Shown: positions 54,714 to 63,528 of the stretch, one piece after another
Layout of the letters: each line of letters starts with the position of its first letter
Position numbering within the stretch: the stretch's first letter is position 1
From: Bacillales bacterium
Lineage (GTDB): Bacteria > Bacillota_I > Bacilli_A > RF39 > UBA660
Direction: 5' to 3'
NCBI GenBank assembly: GCA_016282375.1
Contig: JAEEKI010000019.1
Coordinates: 79,186 to 143,185 of the forward strand
Length of the DNA stretch: 64,000 bases
The notes under the pieces: model-generated
Told to the model about the DNA's origin: nothing
The model's database searches: none
What the model saw: the letters and a program-made list of their open reading frames with translations, nothing else
Position numbers and translations under genes: made by a program

Positions 54714-55277
54714 CTATTCAGTGTATTTACTCTTATAAAGTTCTATTTCGCCATCACCAGAAGCGTTCTTCTCAATTTTGATATCTGGCAGATCCGCAAG
54801 TGAAGATAAGCCAAAATAATCTAAAAACTCTGGTGTGGTTTTATAAAGATTAGGCTTTCCTGGAAGATTACTTTTGCCACAGACTTTAATAAGATCCTTA
54901 GCCAAAAGTTTTTTTATTAAAAAGACAGATGATATTCCTCGCATTTCATCTATTTGAACTCTAGTAATTGGTTGATTATACGCAATGACAGCAAGCGTTT
55001 CTAAAGCTGCTTGACTAAGAGTTTGTGAGGCACTACTCGAAGATACTAACTTACGATAATAATCAATATGTTCCTTTTTTGTAGTTAGTTTAAATGAATC
55101 AGCTAAAAAGCTTATTCTAAGTCCTCGATTTTCATTTTCGTATTCTTTTTGTAAATCTTTTAATAATCTACGAGCCTCTTCTTCTTTGACTTGTAATACA
55201 TCTATTATTTGGTCAATAGTTAAGCCATCATCGCCTACTACAAATAAAAGTCCTTCTAAAATAGCTAACTTATTCAT
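54714..55277 (-). CDS. scpB: segregation and condensation protein B
   Basis: LEGLLFVVGDDGLTIDQI and the second wHTH AALETLAVIAYNQPITRVQIDEMRG. Confidence 0.85.
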   Translation of the reverse strand: MNKLAILEGLLFVVGDDGLTIDQIIDVLQVKEEEARRLLKDLQKEYENENRGLRISFLADSFKLTTKKEHIDYYRKLVSSSSASQTLSQAALETLAVIAYNQPITRVQIDEMRGISSVFLIKKLLAKDLIKVCGKSNLPGKPNLYKTTPEFLDYFGLSSLADLPDIKIEKNASGDGEIELYKSKYTE

Positions 55278-55986
55278 CTCTTACCTCAACGAATATTTTA
55301 CTAAAATTTTTATCTTGTGACAAGAAAACTTCATTGTTCTTACTCATTTCCAGTAAAGACAATAGTGTTATAACTAATTCTTCTTTACTGTATTCATTAA
55401 AAAGTTCAGTAAATTCAACTTTTCTTTCCCTATGAAGAATATCCTTAATAAAGGCCGTTTTTTCCTTAATACTCATTTCTTTCTTGGCAATTTTCGTATT
55501 AATAGGCTTCCGATAATCAATTCTTGATTGAACCTCTAAAAAAGCCTCTATTAAAGACTTTATATCTACTCCTTGAAGATTTGTTTTTTCATCACCTGCA
55601 TATTCTTTAATATTTTCAGGTGTTTTTGTAAAATAGTCTAATCTTTTAGTCTCAAGATCACGTAGTTCTCCACTGATTCCTTGATACTTTTCAAATTCAA
55701 TTAGTCGCTCACGCAAATCATCTTCCGAATTAATTTCATAATTACTATCATCTTCTTCATCATCAAAACCAAGCAATAACTTGCTTTTTAAATGAATCAA
55801 TTCAGAAGCCATAATCAAATATTCACTAATTAAATCAAGATTATCCTTGCTCGTAGAATTAATAAATTCTATATATTCATCAATAATAACTTTTAAGTCT
55901 ATGTCATAAATATCCACTTCATGCTTTTTCACCATATGTAAAAGCAAATCAAGCGGGCCGGAGAAATCGTTAATATTAAAATTCAT
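55270..55986 (-). CDS. scpA: segregation and condensation protein A
   Basis: FSGPLDLLLHMVKKHEVDIYDIDLKVIIDEY. Overlaps scpB by 8 nt. Confidence 0.85.
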   Translation of the reverse strand: MNFNINDFSGPLDLLLHMVKKHEVDIYDIDLKVIIDEYIEFINSTSKDNLDLISEYLIMASELIHLKSKLLLGFDDEEDDSNYEINSEDDLRERLIEFEKYQGISGELRDLETKRLDYFTKTPENIKEYAGDEKTNLQGVDIKSLIEAFLEVQSRIDYRKPINTKIAKKEMSIKEKTAFIKDILHRERKVEFTELFNEYSKEELVITLLSLLEMSKNNEVFLSQDKNFSKIFVEVRDE

Positions 55987-55995
55987 TATATTATC

Positions 55996-56952
55996 CTATT
56001 TACAATCAAATTCCCAAGAATCAACTTTAAAATTAATGATACGTGGCTCAGTATCTTTCGCAAAATATAAGCGATAATCTGGTCTAATGGTAGAATCATT
56101 ATAATTAATAATCATTTTATAATACAAAATCTTATCTTCAACATTAAATGAAGAAGTAATTCCTACATTAGAACGATATTTAACATATAAACTATTATAG
56201 TCAGTATACTTGGTATCATAATCCTTATCATCTTTAGTTATCTCATCAACATGGTCAATTTTTATTAATTTTTCATTAAAGAAAGTATATAAAACTTTTT
56301 CATTACCTCTAGTACACATAAGTTTAGAAATATTGTCATCATCATACTCTAATAATACATAAGCATAATTTTCCTCTAAAATTTCTTTAACTTCATAATA
56401 TTCAACTGGACTATTAACATGAAAGGTAAACTTTTTAGATTGGTTTCCATTTAGAACACCCAAAATAGCAAATCTTTTTACTAATGATTCTGAACTATCA
56501 TATACCTCAAAATAAACATTCGTTCCCTCTAGGTTTACACTTGTTGCAAGTTTATTTGTAACATCAAAAGTTAATTCACCTTGTGAGTATTTAGCGCCAC
56601 TAAATGTTAAGTTATTTACATCTACACTTTTATTATCTTTAAAATAATACTTATTTTCTACCTCTACAACATTATTCTCAACATTACCAACTGTATTGTT
56701 ATTAGGAGTTGTATTATTAGAAACAGTATTATTACTTACTGTTGGAGCGCTTCCACTAAGAAGACTTTCAAAATAGCCTTTAATGTGTTGTTGATAAAAA
56801 ATAGTTAAGTCTGGTAAAAACCAAATTACAGCACCAAAAAAAGTAAAACAAAGAATAATTTTAATAAAACCAAACTTGTTCTCTTTTATTTTACCTACTG
56901 AATATGATTGTAACGGAGAAGTATCTTTACTATTTTTTTTCTTCTTTAACAT
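55996..56952 (-). CDS. membrane-anchored protein, unknown function
   Basis: 318 aa with an N-terminal TM helix, an Asn/Val-rich linker (NNTVSNNTTPNNNTVGN) and a beta-rich domain. Confidence 0.55.
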   Translation of the reverse strand: MLKKKKNSKDTSPLQSYSVGKIKENKFGFIKIILCFTFFGAVIWFLPDLTIFYQQHIKGYFESLLSGSAPTVSNNTVSNNTTPNNNTVGNVENNVVEVENKYYFKDNKSVDVNNLTFSGAKYSQGELTFDVTNKLATSVNLEGTNVYFEVYDSSESLVKRFAILGVLNGNQSKKFTFHVNSPVEYYEVKEILEENYAYVLLEYDDDNISKLMCTRGNEKVLYTFFNEKLIKIDHVDEITKDDKDYDTKYTDYNSLYVKYRSNVGITSSFNVEDKILYYKMIINYNDSTIRPDYRLYFAKDTEPRIINFKVDSWEFDCK

Positions 56953-57012
56953 ATTATCACCTATTTTATATATTTATTATACTATAACAACCTTTTTAAA
57001 ACAATAAAACTA

Positions 57013-57041
57013 TTGCTATTTAAATAATATTTTGCTATAAT
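57013..57041 (+). promoter_or_regulatory. sigma-A-type promoter of tRNA-Met
   Basis: TTGCTA (57013-57018), a 17-nt spacer, TATAAT (57036-57041). The tRNA begins 13 nt downstream. Confidence 0.7.
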
Positions 57042-57053
57042 CTAACTTGTATT

Positions 57054-57130
57054 GGCGATGTAGCTCAGCTGGCTAGAGCATCCGGTTCATACCCGGCAGG
57101 TCGTGTGTTCGAATCACACCGTCGCTACCA
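57054..57130 (+). tRNA. tRNA-Met (CAU), elongator-type
   Basis: Acceptor GGCGATG/CGTCGCT, anticodon loop TTCATAC. It lacks the initiator features (C1-A72 mismatch, GGG:CCC stem). T-loop TTCGAAT, encoded CCA. An Ile2 (lysidine) identity cannot be excluded by eye. Confidence 0.8.
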
Positions 57131-57138
57131 TTGATTAT

Positions 57139-57162
57139 AACTAGGCTAGCCTAGTTTTTTTA
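57139..57162 (+). terminator. rho-independent terminator after tRNA-Met
   Basis: Palindrome AACTAGGC-TA-GCCTAGTT followed by T7. Confidence 0.75.
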
Positions 57163-57167
57163 TTGTT

Positions 57168-58085
57168 TTAATTTATATCATCAACATTAACGTTTTCCAC
57201 CCTCAACATATCAGCAAAAACAACTTTAAAACGTTCTTTTTCTTTATTCAAAGCATCTTCATAAATGTTTCTAGCATTACATATTGCTTTATAAAAATGC
57301 TTAATTGTTACTACATTAGTATTATCATACAAAGCATATGTAAAGGCATTAGATACAATAGTTAAACAAATATCCGGATAACGACTAGCAACCTCATATA
57401 CTCTTTTATATTCATCAGTCATTTCCACGATAAAAGCCATTATTTTTTGAATAATAAAAGGTTGATATCCAATACGTATGCCAAGTTGCTTTTCAATCTT
57501 AGGGTATGTTCCCATTAAAATCTTAACGCATGTTTCAGCATCGACTTCTGATACATCAATTTTTTGAAATCTTCTTAAAAAAGCTCGGTCTCTTAAAATA
57601 TAAGTTTCATATTCTTCAGTTGTCGTGGCACCAATCATCTTAATTGTTCCTCTATCAAGCCCTGCCTTTAACATATTAGCAAAGTCTAGACCACCCTCTT
57701 TATTGACTAATAAATGGGTTTCATCAATAAAAACAATTGTTTTTTCTTTCGTAGCTAATTCTTTTACTAATAAATCAATTCTATTTTCTGTTTGACCAGC
57801 ACTTTGTGTAGAACCAATCAAACTAGTAATATTAATCCTAATAATCGACCATCCTTTAAGAGCATCAGGTACCATATTATTTTTTATACGATAAGAAAGA
57901 CCTTCCACGATGGATGTTTTACCTATACCTGGTTTACCTACTAAAAGGGCACTCTTTTCAGGTGTTAAAAGTGTTAATATGCATTGTTTAATTTCATTAT
58001 CACGAGCAATCGCCGGATCAGTAATATATTCCTTCTCCGTTAAGTTTTCGCCATATCTTTCTAACATACTTATTTGCTCATTCAT
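57168..58085 (-). CDS. stand-alone AAA+ ATPase resembling Clp/Hsp100 nucleotide-binding domain 1
   Basis: [52 protein letters not shown] (Walker A), IVFIDETH (Walker B), GATTTEEY (sensor 1), [13 protein letters not shown] (Arg finger). Only 305 aa. Confidence 0.8.
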   Translation of the reverse strand: MNEQISMLERYGENLTEKEYITDPAIARDNEIKQCILTLLTPEKSALLVGKPGIGKTSIVEGLSYRIKNNMVPDALKGWSIIRINITSLIGSTQSAGQTENRIDLLVKELATKEKTIVFIDETHLLVNKEGGLDFANMLKAGLDRGTIKMIGATTTEEYETYILRDRAFLRRFQKIDVSEVDAETCVKILMGTYPKIEKQLGIRIGYQPFIIQKIMAFIVEMTDEYKRVYEVASRYPDICLTIVSNAFTYALYDNTNVVTIKHFYKAICNARNIYEDALNKEKERFKVVFADMLRVENVNVDDIN

Positions 58086-58127
58086 ACTATCACCTACTAT
58101 TGATTATATCAAAAAAAAAGATTAATT

Positions 58128-58160
58128 AAAATAAAAAAACCCTTACGGGTTATTTTTAAA
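58128..58160 (-). terminator. rho-independent terminator after tRNA-Asn
   Basis: Stem AACCC/GGGTT with a 4-nt loop, followed by T7 on the minus strand. Confidence 0.75.
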
Positions 58161-58236
58161 TGGCGCCCGATGTAGGACTCGAACCTACGACCTAACGGTT
58201 AACAGCCGTGCGCTCTACCGACTGAGCTAATCGGGC
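58161..58236 (-). tRNA. tRNA-Asn (GUU)
   Basis: Acceptor GCCCGAT/ATCGGGC, anticodon loop CTGTTAA, T-loop TTCGAGT, encoded CCA. Confidence 0.9.
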
Positions 58237-58258
58237 ACAATTACTCAATACATTTTTT

Positions 58259-58287
58259 ATTATATTAAAATAATTGGCTGATGTCAA
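58259..58287 (-). promoter_or_regulatory. consensus sigma-A promoter of tRNA-Asn
   Basis: On the minus strand: TTGACA (58287-58282), a 17-nt spacer, TATAAT (58264-58259). Confidence 0.75.
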
Positions 58288-58356
58288 TTAGAAACTATCT
58301 TTTTCTCAAGCAAAAAAAAGACCAACTATGAAAAAGTCAGTCTGTTTTTATAATAA

Positions 58357-59598
58357 TTATGCTTTTCTAACGTAATAATGGTCTAAATGTCTTCTGCTGC
58401 AATAATTATCCAACCATTCAGCACATCTTGCATGATTATTCAAACATTGAATCTCTTCTTGACTTAAGTATGATTTACTGAATACGCATTTTAAAGCATG
58501 AGCTATTGAATTACGTCTTCTAGTATATGAAATGAAACTTCTTAAGTCACTACCACAATAGAAAGTTTCACTATCAAATATCATTTTGCTAAGTAAACGT
58601 TTGTTATGAACGTGAGCTGGAATGTTTGATAGGAAACGACCAGCATTTTTAATTCTTGATGAATCATATTCTTCTAGCGGTAATACACCGTATTGATCAG
58701 AAAATCTATGAGCCATTTCATTTAAGTATTCTTCATCACTTTCATAAATACCAGTAGCGTTTAAATTATTAGGTGTTCTAGTTGTATCATTTTGATTATC
58801 TAAAAAATCAAAAATAGTTAATACTTTATCATCAGGTTCTTCTTTTTCAGTATTACTTGGTAGACTTGAAAAATATGCTTCTAAACTATCATGATTTTCA
58901 GCATTTGGTTCAGTTCCACGAGGTGCTAAAGAAAATCCTTCTGGTAATATTAATCTGTCATCATGACCTTCTTGAAATACATCAGTATTTTCTGGTATTA
59001 CAGCCGTATCAGTTAGATTAATAGTATCAACTACTGGTTTATGCTCAACAACTTTTTTTCTAGAAGTACGTTTCTTTGATGGATTGAAATAATAATTGTT
59101 GAATCTTTGTTCATTCTTAAGCATCTTATTTATAGAAGCTTTATCCTGAACATCCCCACCAGAAATACAACTGTTAATATGAGAGATTTTTTCTTCTCTT
59201 TTTAAAACTCTAATAACTTTTGCAATATCTTTTCTTAAGTATGAAGACTTTTCTTGATATCTATCAATTTCTTCTTGACTTAGATTACGACTAATCATTT
59301 CTTTTTTTATTTTATTAATGTAATAATTAATGCGGTTTCTAATCTTTAAGACATCTTCAACAGTATTAGCGTTAAGAATTTGTTCAACTAATTGTTCAAT
59401 CAAACCTTTAGCTTTAACAACAGCTTTATATTGTTTTACTTGCGCTTCATCAGTTGATAGCGCTAACATGATAGTATCAATTTCACCAAGAAGATTATCC
59501 TTGTTTTCAACAATACTATCTTTGACCATTGTTAATAAACGTTTATGATCACTTTCAATTTTTGCAATTCTATCAGAATTACTAGGTCTTTTACTCAT
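58357..59598 (-). CDS. hypothetical protein: N-terminal coiled coil, acidic disordered centre, Cys/His-rich C-terminal domain
   Basis: 413-aa ORF. The C-terminus reads FYCGSDLRSF...HALKCVF...IQCLNNHARCAEWLDNYCSRRHLDHYY. A terminator-like hairpin lies at 58319-58344. Confidence 0.6.
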   Translation of the reverse strand: MSKRPSNSDRIAKIESDHKRLLTMVKDSIVENKDNLLGEIDTIMLALSTDEAQVKQYKAVVKAKGLIEQLVEQILNANTVEDVLKIRNRINYYINKIKKEMISRNLSQEEIDRYQEKSSYLRKDIAKVIRVLKREEKISHINSCISGGDVQDKASINKMLKNEQRFNNYYFNPSKKRTSRKKVVEHKPVVDTINLTDTAVIPENTDVFQEGHDDRLILPEGFSLAPRGTEPNAENHDSLEAYFSSLPSNTEKEEPDDKVLTIFDFLDNQNDTTRTPNNLNATGIYESDEEYLNEMAHRFSDQYGVLPLEEYDSSRIKNAGRFLSNIPAHVHNKRLLSKMIFDSETFYCGSDLRSFISYTRRRNSIAHALKCVFSKSYLSQEEIQCLNNHARCAEWLDNYCSRRHLDHYYVRKA

Positions 59599-59707
59599 TT
59601 TCCATTTCCCCCTTTAACTCGTCTAAACTATCATTTAACCCTTCTAGAGAATTCAATAGTTCAAACAACGATTCATTATTTAATGATTGTAAGTCTAATT
59701 CTTCCAT
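59591..59707 (-). CDS. 38-aa acidic leucine-rich micro-protein, translationally coupled to the 413-aa gene
   Basis: Read by hand and absent from the ORF track. AAAGGGGAT RBS, ATG at 59707, product MEELDLQSLNNESLFELLNSLEGLNDSLDELKGEMENE. Its stop overlaps the downstream start in ATGAGTAA. Confidence 0.4.
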   Translation of the reverse strand: MEELDLQSLNNESLFELLNSLEGLNDSLDELKGEMENE

Positions 59708-59776
59708 AGTATCCCCTTTCACAGCAGTGTATTCTATCATAATTATAGCCAAAAATCAACAAAAAACGACAAAAAA

Positions 59777-59843
59777 GGCTCCCCCTATCCCTTCACGTGC
59801 TTAATTTGATTTTCTTATATTTTTGAAGCAATAGGGGGAGTCC
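59777..59843 (-). terminator. long GC-rich imperfect hairpin (probable terminator of the 291-aa gene, or a structured RNA)
   Basis: Arms GGCTCCCCCTAT (59777-59788) and ATAGGGGGAGTCC (59831-59843), with inner CTTCA/TGAAG pairing. On the minus strand the second arm is followed by CCTTTTTTGTCGTTTTTT. Confidence 0.5.
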
Positions 59844-59864
59844 ATAGATATTTAGACTTTTGAT

Positions 59865-60740
59865 TTAAGAAGTAAAAGTTATATAAGTACCTTGCATACC
59901 ATCGTACTTAGCCATTGTACTATTATTCAAGAAATGAATGACACTACCAAGTCCAATGGATGTAAGTGTATAATTTTGTGATTCACTCAAAGTAGTTGTT
60001 GAAACTGCATGTTGATAACTTGCGAATATTGTTGCTGGGAAATCTTCAGCATGTACACTTGCATCAATCTCCAATTCTAAGAATGTTAAATCTGGATCAT
60101 TTAATAAATTCATAGAAATACCAAAGCCATTGGATTGATTACTAATGTTTGTACCATTAAAACTGTAACTAACATAATTATAATTACCATTATTAATCGT
60201 ATAAATTTGTTTTCCTTCTTGAGTACCATTAATTACATACATATTAACAAACCGCGCGGCAATGACATCAAACGATCTTGTCGCAGGCATAATTTTCCAA
60301 TGACCAATAAAAGTCATATATACAGTGTTATTGCCAACTGGTGCATATCCTAAAAATATCCACTTATAAGCAGTTTCAATATATGTAGCTTGGGGTAAAA
60401 TACTGTTAGGATTAGTTCCCGCCATCATGTATTCAAGTTCACTTATTTCTGTCGAAGTTGTTTCGCCTGTTAAATGATTATAATCAGTTTTAATATACTT
60501 TTTATCATAATGCACATTATCAAAATCAATACCCATAGACATTTTTTCTTCAAATTCATCTCTGGTCATTGTATCAATATACGCTTCGCTAAAAAGTTTT
60601 CTTAAATTGTTATATTCTTCAACAGTCATCTCAACACCATTCGAATTAGTAATAATATCGTTATTTCCTAAAGCATAAATATTACTTGGCATAATTATTA
60701 ATACATACAGTGTTAAACACATCAATACTTTTTTTATCAC
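59865..60740 (-). CDS. secreted protein, unknown function
   Basis: GTG start 7 nt after AGGAGGA. Signal peptide MIKKVLMCLTLYVLIIMPSNIYA-LG, followed by a beta-rich mature part. Confidence 0.6.
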   Translation of the reverse strand: MIKKVLMCLTLYVLIIMPSNIYALGNNDIITNSNGVEMTVEEYNNLRKLFSEAYIDTMTRDEFEEKMSMGIDFDNVHYDKKYIKTDYNHLTGETTSTEISELEYMMAGTNPNSILPQATYIETAYKWIFLGYAPVGNNTVYMTFIGHWKIMPATRSFDVIAARFVNMYVINGTQEGKQIYTINNGNYNYVSYSFNGTNISNQSNGFGISMNLLNDPDLTFLELEIDASVHAEDFPATIFASYQHAVSTTTLSESQNYTLTSIGLGSVIHFLNNSTMAKYDGMQGTYITFTS

Positions 60741-60848
60741 AATATCCTCCTTTCACAACCAATATAGTTATTTGAAATGAGAAATGCAATATTCTTCTTA
60801 GAGAGTACTACTCTCCCTTTAAGAGAGTTACGTATTCGTCCATGATAT

Positions 60849-61883
60849 TTAGGACTCTTTGATGACTAGCACATAGTCCAACTTGACACTCAAGATTTTC
60901 ATTATCATAATAATAAGTATATTTTCAATTAAAACATTACTACCCTTATTAATATAAATATTTACGTTTAACTGATTAAAATTCACATAATACATATAAA
61001 TCTCCGATGTTTCAGTTGATGTATAACTATAAACGATCCGACCTTTTTCACGGTAATACGTAATTACAATTTCACTGCTCTTATCATTAATTATCTTAGT
61101 CCAAGTATCATCTTCCTGTTTTACAAAACCGTTCCTTTTTAATCTATCTAATAACCCATAATCCTTATCACTATAAGAGTACTTTATTCTGTTACTTGGT
61201 ATTTTAACCGCATAAATGTTATCTTTTAATTCTAAATTAATACTATATGTATTACTCTCTCCATCTAATGAAGTAACATCAATAACCAATTTAAGTCCCT
61301 TTTTATTAATATCATCTACATTCAGATAATCAACTATAAATGAATCAAAACTATTGATATGATATAAAACTTTATTTTCACTATATAAATTAATAGAAAC
61401 AATATCGTTAATACTTTCTTCATAATCAATGATATCTATGCTATCTATAATCAAATAATTATGTTTATAAGATTCGACGAGTACACCTTGAACAAAGACT
61501 TGTTTCTCAGCAGAATCATCTTGTATTATTTGGTAGATTTTAGGTTTACCTACATGACTTAGAAAATATATGGATAAAATAATCAATAAAGGGATCAACA
61601 CTAAAATAACTATTAAAGAACTAATAGTAAAAATATGTAAAAATTTATAATGTCTTCTTGTTTTAATGTCTAAACAACCATTTTGTAATTCTTCTAAAGT
61701 AATGTCTAATGCATTACAAAGAGGCATTTGATAAATAACATCTGGGAAACTACCACCGCATTCCCATTTAGAAATAGTTTTAAATGATGCTCCTACTAAA
61801 GATGCTAATTGCTCTTGGGTAAGACCTTTTTTATTTCTTTGTTCATATAAAAAATTACCTATTTTTACTAAATCTATATTCAT
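60849..61883 (-). CDS. XRE-family HTH transmembrane regulator with extracytoplasmic domain (3' end possibly frameshifted)
   Basis: HTH LTQEQLASLVGASFKTISKWECGGSFPD and a TM helix FTISSLIVILVLIPLLIILSIYFL. The last 24 codons look like off-frame sequence; an alternative frame continues to 60808. Confidence 0.62.
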   Translation of the reverse strand: MNIDLVKIGNFLYEQRNKKGLTQEQLASLVGASFKTISKWECGGSFPDVIYQMPLCNALDITLEELQNGCLDIKTRRHYKFLHIFTISSLIVILVLIPLLIILSIYFLSHVGKPKIYQIIQDDSAEKQVFVQGVLVESYKHNYLIIDSIDIIDYEESINDIVSINLYSENKVLYHINSFDSFIVDYLNVDDINKKGLKLVIDVTSLDGESNTYSINLELKDNIYAVKIPSNRIKYSYSDKDYGLLDRLKRNGFVKQEDDTWTKIINDKSSEIVITYYREKGRIVYSYTSTETSEIYMYYVNFNQLNVNIYINKGSNVLIENILIIMIMKILSVKLDYVLVIKES

Positions 61884-61941
61884 TACTAATACATTTTAGC
61901 ATAGGTAATTATTGAAAATTTAATTATTAACTATTTGTAAA

Positions 61942-62595
61942 CTATTTTAAAAACTGATTGAAGATTGGCATATTAGGCTTTGATTCAAACACTAGTTTTT
62001 CTTTACTAACAGGATGCATAAACTGAATTTTATAAGCATACAAAGCAATATGACTTTTAAATTTACTACCATACTCTTCATCACCATATAATGGATACCC
62101 CCGTGATGAAAATTGTAATCTAATTTGATGATATCTGCCTGTTAAAAGATGAATATCCAATAGAGATAAATTGTTTTTTTCTTGAAGCACCTTATATTCC
62201 AATTTAGATATTTTACCATTGGAAGTATTTAAAAAAACTTTCTTATTATCAATTTTTTCTATCGTATCCGTTAAGATTCCTTCTTTTTGAGGCATGATTC
62301 CTTCGATAATGGCATAATAATTTTTTTGAAAAATACCATTCCTAATTTGCTCACTTACTCTAGAAGCCGCTTTGGAAGTTTTGGCAAAGACCATTATACC
62401 CGAAACATCCTTATCTAAACGATGTAATAATCCTAAATATACATTACCAGGTTTATGATATTTTTGTTTTAAATAATTCTTAATAATTGTTAACATATCC
62501 TCACAATCAGTTCTATCAGCTTGGGATAATACTCCTGATGGTTTAATAACAACTATTAAATGATTATCTTCATATAAAATATTAAGTTTATTCAC
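61942..62595 (-). CDS. RluA-family pseudouridine synthase (no S4 domain)
   Basis: Catalytic motif HRLDKDVSGIMVFAKT, plus GRYHQIR. Confidence 0.85.
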   Translation of the reverse strand: MNKLNILYEDNHLIVVIKPSGVLSQADRTDCEDMLTIIKNYLKQKYHKPGNVYLGLLHRLDKDVSGIMVFAKTSKAASRVSEQIRNGIFQKNYYAIIEGIMPQKEGILTDTIEKIDNKKVFLNTSNGKISKLEYKVLQEKNNLSLLDIHLLTGRYHQIRLQFSSRGYPLYGDEEYGSKFKSHIALYAYKIQFMHPVSKEKLVFESKPNMPIFNQFLK

Positions 62596-63439
62596 TTGTA
62601 ATCCATCCTGTCACACCACATGGTAAAGACAATTTACTATTTGATATAGGAATAGCTAATTCATCTAATTGAATCTTCTTATCAACAAAATGGGTTCTTA
62701 ATAAATTATCCAAAGTCAATAAAGATAAATTTGTTGAATATGTGTTAATACAGAAAAATAAAAAGTTATCATTAAGTATTTGCTTACATAAATAAAGAAG
62801 ATTATTTAAATCTTTTTCGATAGTCCATACTTCTTTGTTAGCGCCACGGCCATAACTAGGAGGGTCCATTATAATGGCATCATACTTATTTCCTCTTCGA
62901 ATTTCTCTTTCTACGAATTTAACAACATCATCCACTAAAAAACGAATTGGCCGATCTTGCAATCCTGAAGAAATAACATTTTCTTTTGCCCAATCGTTCA
63001 TTCCTTTTGAAGCATCAACATGAACTACACTGGCACCCGCAGACAAGCATGCCACACTTGCACCCCCTGTATAAGCAAATAGGTTAAGCACTTTTATTTC
63101 TCTATTAGATTTTTTAATAGCCTCAATCATTCGATCCCAATTAACTGCTTGTTCAGGAAAAAGACCCGTATGTTTGAAACCCATTTGTTTAATATTAAAT
63201 ACTAAGTCTTTATATTTTACTGTCCATCTTTCAGGAACTTTATTAACATTTTCCCAATATCCGCCTCCTGTATTAGATCGATAATATACAGCATCGGCTT
63301 CCTTTTTATCTATTTTTGTTTCATGCCATATGACAACTGGATCGGGTCTTAAAAGTTTAATCTTTCCCCATCTTTCTAGTTTTTGTCCATCACTAGCCTT
63401 CAACAGTTCATAATCATTTCCAAAATTACTAATTAACAT
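62588..63439 (-). CDS. class I SAM-dependent methyltransferase (RlmI/YwbD-like rRNA methyltransferase type)
   Basis: Motifs LNLFAYTGGASV (SAM binding) and IIMDPPSYGRG. Overlaps the downstream rluA-like start by 8 nt. Confidence 0.78.
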   Translation of the reverse strand: MLISNFGNDYELLKASDGQKLERWGKIKLLRPDPVVIWHETKIDKKEADAVYYRSNTGGGYWENVNKVPERWTVKYKDLVFNIKQMGFKHTGLFPEQAVNWDRMIEAIKKSNREIKVLNLFAYTGGASVACLSAGASVVHVDASKGMNDWAKENVISSGLQDRPIRFLVDDVVKFVEREIRRGNKYDAIIMDPPSYGRGANKEVWTIEKDLNNLLYLCKQILNDNFLFFCINTYSTNLSLLTLDNLLRTHFVDKKIQLDELAIPISNSKLSLPCGVTGWITSE

Positions 63440-63490
63440 TATGACCACCACTTAAATTATAAAATAATAGTTACTAAAAGGCAAAATAAA

Positions 63491-63520
63491 TTGACTTATC
63501 AACAATTATTACACTATAAT
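63491..63520 (+). promoter_or_regulatory. sigma-A-type promoter of tRNA-Gly(CCC)
   Basis: TTGACT (63491-63496), an 18-nt spacer, TATAAT (63515-63520). The tRNA starts 9 nt downstream. Confidence 0.7.
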
Positions 63521-63528
63521 TAAATTAT

